From Paraspadella gotoi (lineage: Eukaryota; Animalia; Chaetognatha): a stretch of DNA of 64,000 nt. The stretch covers positions 62,001-126,000 of the forward strand of contig JBJCIZ010000042.1 in NCBI GenBank assembly GCA_051294375.1, in the 5' to 3' direction. A program made the translations under genes and the position numbers. Position 1 is the stretch's first letter. The number at the start of each line of letters is the position of its first letter. Below the pieces are notes generated by a model. It saw only the letters and a list, made by a program, of their open reading frames with translations, made no database searches and was not told where the DNA came from. This document shows, piece by piece, positions 61,778 through 64,000 of this stretch.

Positions 61778-64000
61778 ATGGAGACTTTACAGGACTAGAG
61801 AGGACAACTGAGAAAACTCATGTATGGCGAACAGCGTGAGTCACCAGTGCCTTCCTCATAGCTGAAAAAGAGTCTTCTGTATCCCCAACAAAAAGATCAA
61901 TAACGAAAATGTGCAGCAATGACACCCTCACCACTTAATAAATCTGGTACTGTGTCATTCCAGCAAGTGCTAAATACAGAGCAAAAGTCAGAAGGCCAAA
62001 TGCCTCTATTTGTAGGCATTTTCCCCAACAACAGAATAGTGAAAATGGCCATTGATACAGGAGCAACTTCGTCTATTATATCAGGGACAATGGCAAAAAG
62101 ATTATCTGCAGCAATAACTCCGGGAGTTACCTCATCAATTAGGACTGCTAATGGGATGGTCCATTCAAACAGGCGGGCTACTGCTCTGGTAGACCTGATT
62201 GTCGTGAAGGTAGTGATAACCTTTATGATTATCGATGGTTCTAATTATCCTCAGGACTTTATCCTGATAGGGAATTCGTTCCTAGATACCTACAACTTTA
62301 CCCTGGATAAACATTACCTCACACTGACTAAAAATGTGCGTATTCCACTCATGTATGGGTCTGGGAATGCAGAGAATCATGTTAACTATCTGGAGCTTGC
62401 TACACTTCAGTCAGTGGAGACCAAATCATCCTGAGCGATGAAGAAATGCTTAAGCCAAGGCAGAGCATACTGGTCCAGGTTTATACAGGCGCGAAGCGTG
62501 GTATGCGCTTTACTAACACCAGCCGCCATTTTGAAAATGGTATATAAGGACGTCCCTGGAGTCTACGCCCTGGACCTGCTGATCAATGAAAGGCATGATT
62601 ATTACAAGAACCCCTTTGGTCTTGGTCCTTCGGAATGATACCCCGGATACAGTCATTCTCCCAGCAGGACTGGTAGTTGGGTAACATAAAACCGGTCGTG
62701 GACAAACAGCTGAAGATGAGCTTTCTGCATGTCCTTTAGCGCAGGTAGCATCATTCCCTATGGAAGAACTTCGGGAAAACGTTCCCACACCTACCTGGTT
62801 ACCAGTGGAGAGAAAGAAGAAGGGAAATCAGTTCTTCGGACGAAGATGAGGATAAGACCCATGATGAGGTGAGCCAGCGCCTGATTGGTTGTTAAGAAAT
62901 TGACCAAATGAGTGATCAAGACCATAAAGAAGTACCCAAGGTCTCGAAAGTAACATCAATCATTACCAGAAATGATAAAAAGCAGAGAAGACATAGAGGC
63001 AGCTATAGAAAAGGTACAGAATGACATGCGGCAATATTGGATGGAAAGGGAAACAAGCTTTCCTGGAGAAAGTGGCGTGGGAAATCGGCTAACGGAAGCG
63101 CAAAGAAAAAGGTGCGAAGACCTTTCTTGGGAATACCGCTGTATTTTTGCAGCAAATTTCCAGCACTCTGAGGCAGGAATCCGGGATTACGCTATTTGAC
63201 ATAGCATACGATGAAGAGCTAGTAGAAGCAGTAGCGCCTAGGCCAACAGGGATCTTTCAGAAGGAGCTTTTGTCACGCTACATAGACATTTTGCTAAGAG
63301 CTAATGTTCTAGAACCATCACGATATTCCTCTGTCGCCAATGCCTTTGTTATAGAGAAAAAGAATTGCAAAATTCGCTCTATAGATCAATTAAGGGCAGC
63401 TACTGATGAGGATGTCGCGGCTAATTTCCGACTAGTGGCCGACCAAGCCCACCTCAGCAAAGCCATGAAGCCTTCTCTTAACTACTTGGTCAGTATGAGG
63501 GAGATGATGATTTTCATGGAAAAAGACTGCTACTTTACTACGCTTGATTTCAGTAACTTTTTATTAATATACCCTTGTCAGTGAACTGCAGAGGAATAAT
63601 GGCCATATACGGCGCAGATATGAAATCATACAACTTCCAGAGGGCTACTATGGGGCAGCACCATCTTTCCCACGGCATCGCGAGTTGTGTGGAACTCACC
63701 TTCCGTGACATTTGCATTCTGTGATCCTGTAATACCCGACCTATACCTGTCCTATGCTGATAATTTTTCACCTATAAGCCCATAGGTGGACGAAAGCATA
63801 AGCAGTACAGGATTTTCTTGGAAAGATGCAAACATCAGAACCTGCTGCTAAAGCCAGGGGAAGTCTGCGTCGCAATGAATGTGGAAGAAAAGGACAACGC
63901 CTTCCAGTTTCTCGGCTACGAATTCAGAGAAGGGAAAATTTTCCCAGGCAAGAAAAAAGATCTCGTATTATTCTTCGAGACCGCTCCCTTTCTAGCCGTA
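61778..64000 (+). pseudogene. Family B pol (protease and RT), frameshifted as assembled
   Basis: MAIDTGATSS and ILIGNSFL protease motifs; RT FRLVAD, YFTTLDF, YADN, FQFLGY. Confidence 0.88.

Larger units (their letters stand above)
55839..64000 (+). mobile_element. Gypsy family B copy 3 (LTR, PBS, extra ORFs, gag, pol; runs off window)
   Basis: LTR 55839-56084, tRNA-Lys PBS, gag, then protease followed by RT. Confidence 0.9.

Overview
AT-rich eukaryotic, probably invertebrate, genomic DNA made almost entirely of nested transposable elements. The assembly is error-prone (N gaps, frequent indels, duplicated segments next to gaps), so most frameshifts cannot be trusted. No intact host gene is recognisable. 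Main contents: (1) Ty3/gypsy family A, with one full 8-kb copy (5321-13300, 4-bp TSD confirmed by an empty site in the window) plus partial copies; its LTRs read CAT...ATG rather than TG...CA. (2) Ty3/gypsy family B in three tandem partial copies (44543-64000), with a tRNA-Lys PBS, a hairpin-repeat leader and about four small extra ORFs around gag. (3) A ~690-bp TRIM and two solo LTRs whose LTRs carry a tRNA-like cloverleaf. (4) Helentron/DINE-like non-autonomous elements with internal satellites, one carrying a Penelope-type hammerhead ribozyme. (5) A 6.5-kb long-TIR element with unassigned cargo genes and candidate 25-28 nt introns. (6) A BEL/Pao zinc-knuckle ORF, a hAT remnant, foldback elements and satellites. 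All alignments were done by eye; no database search was possible.
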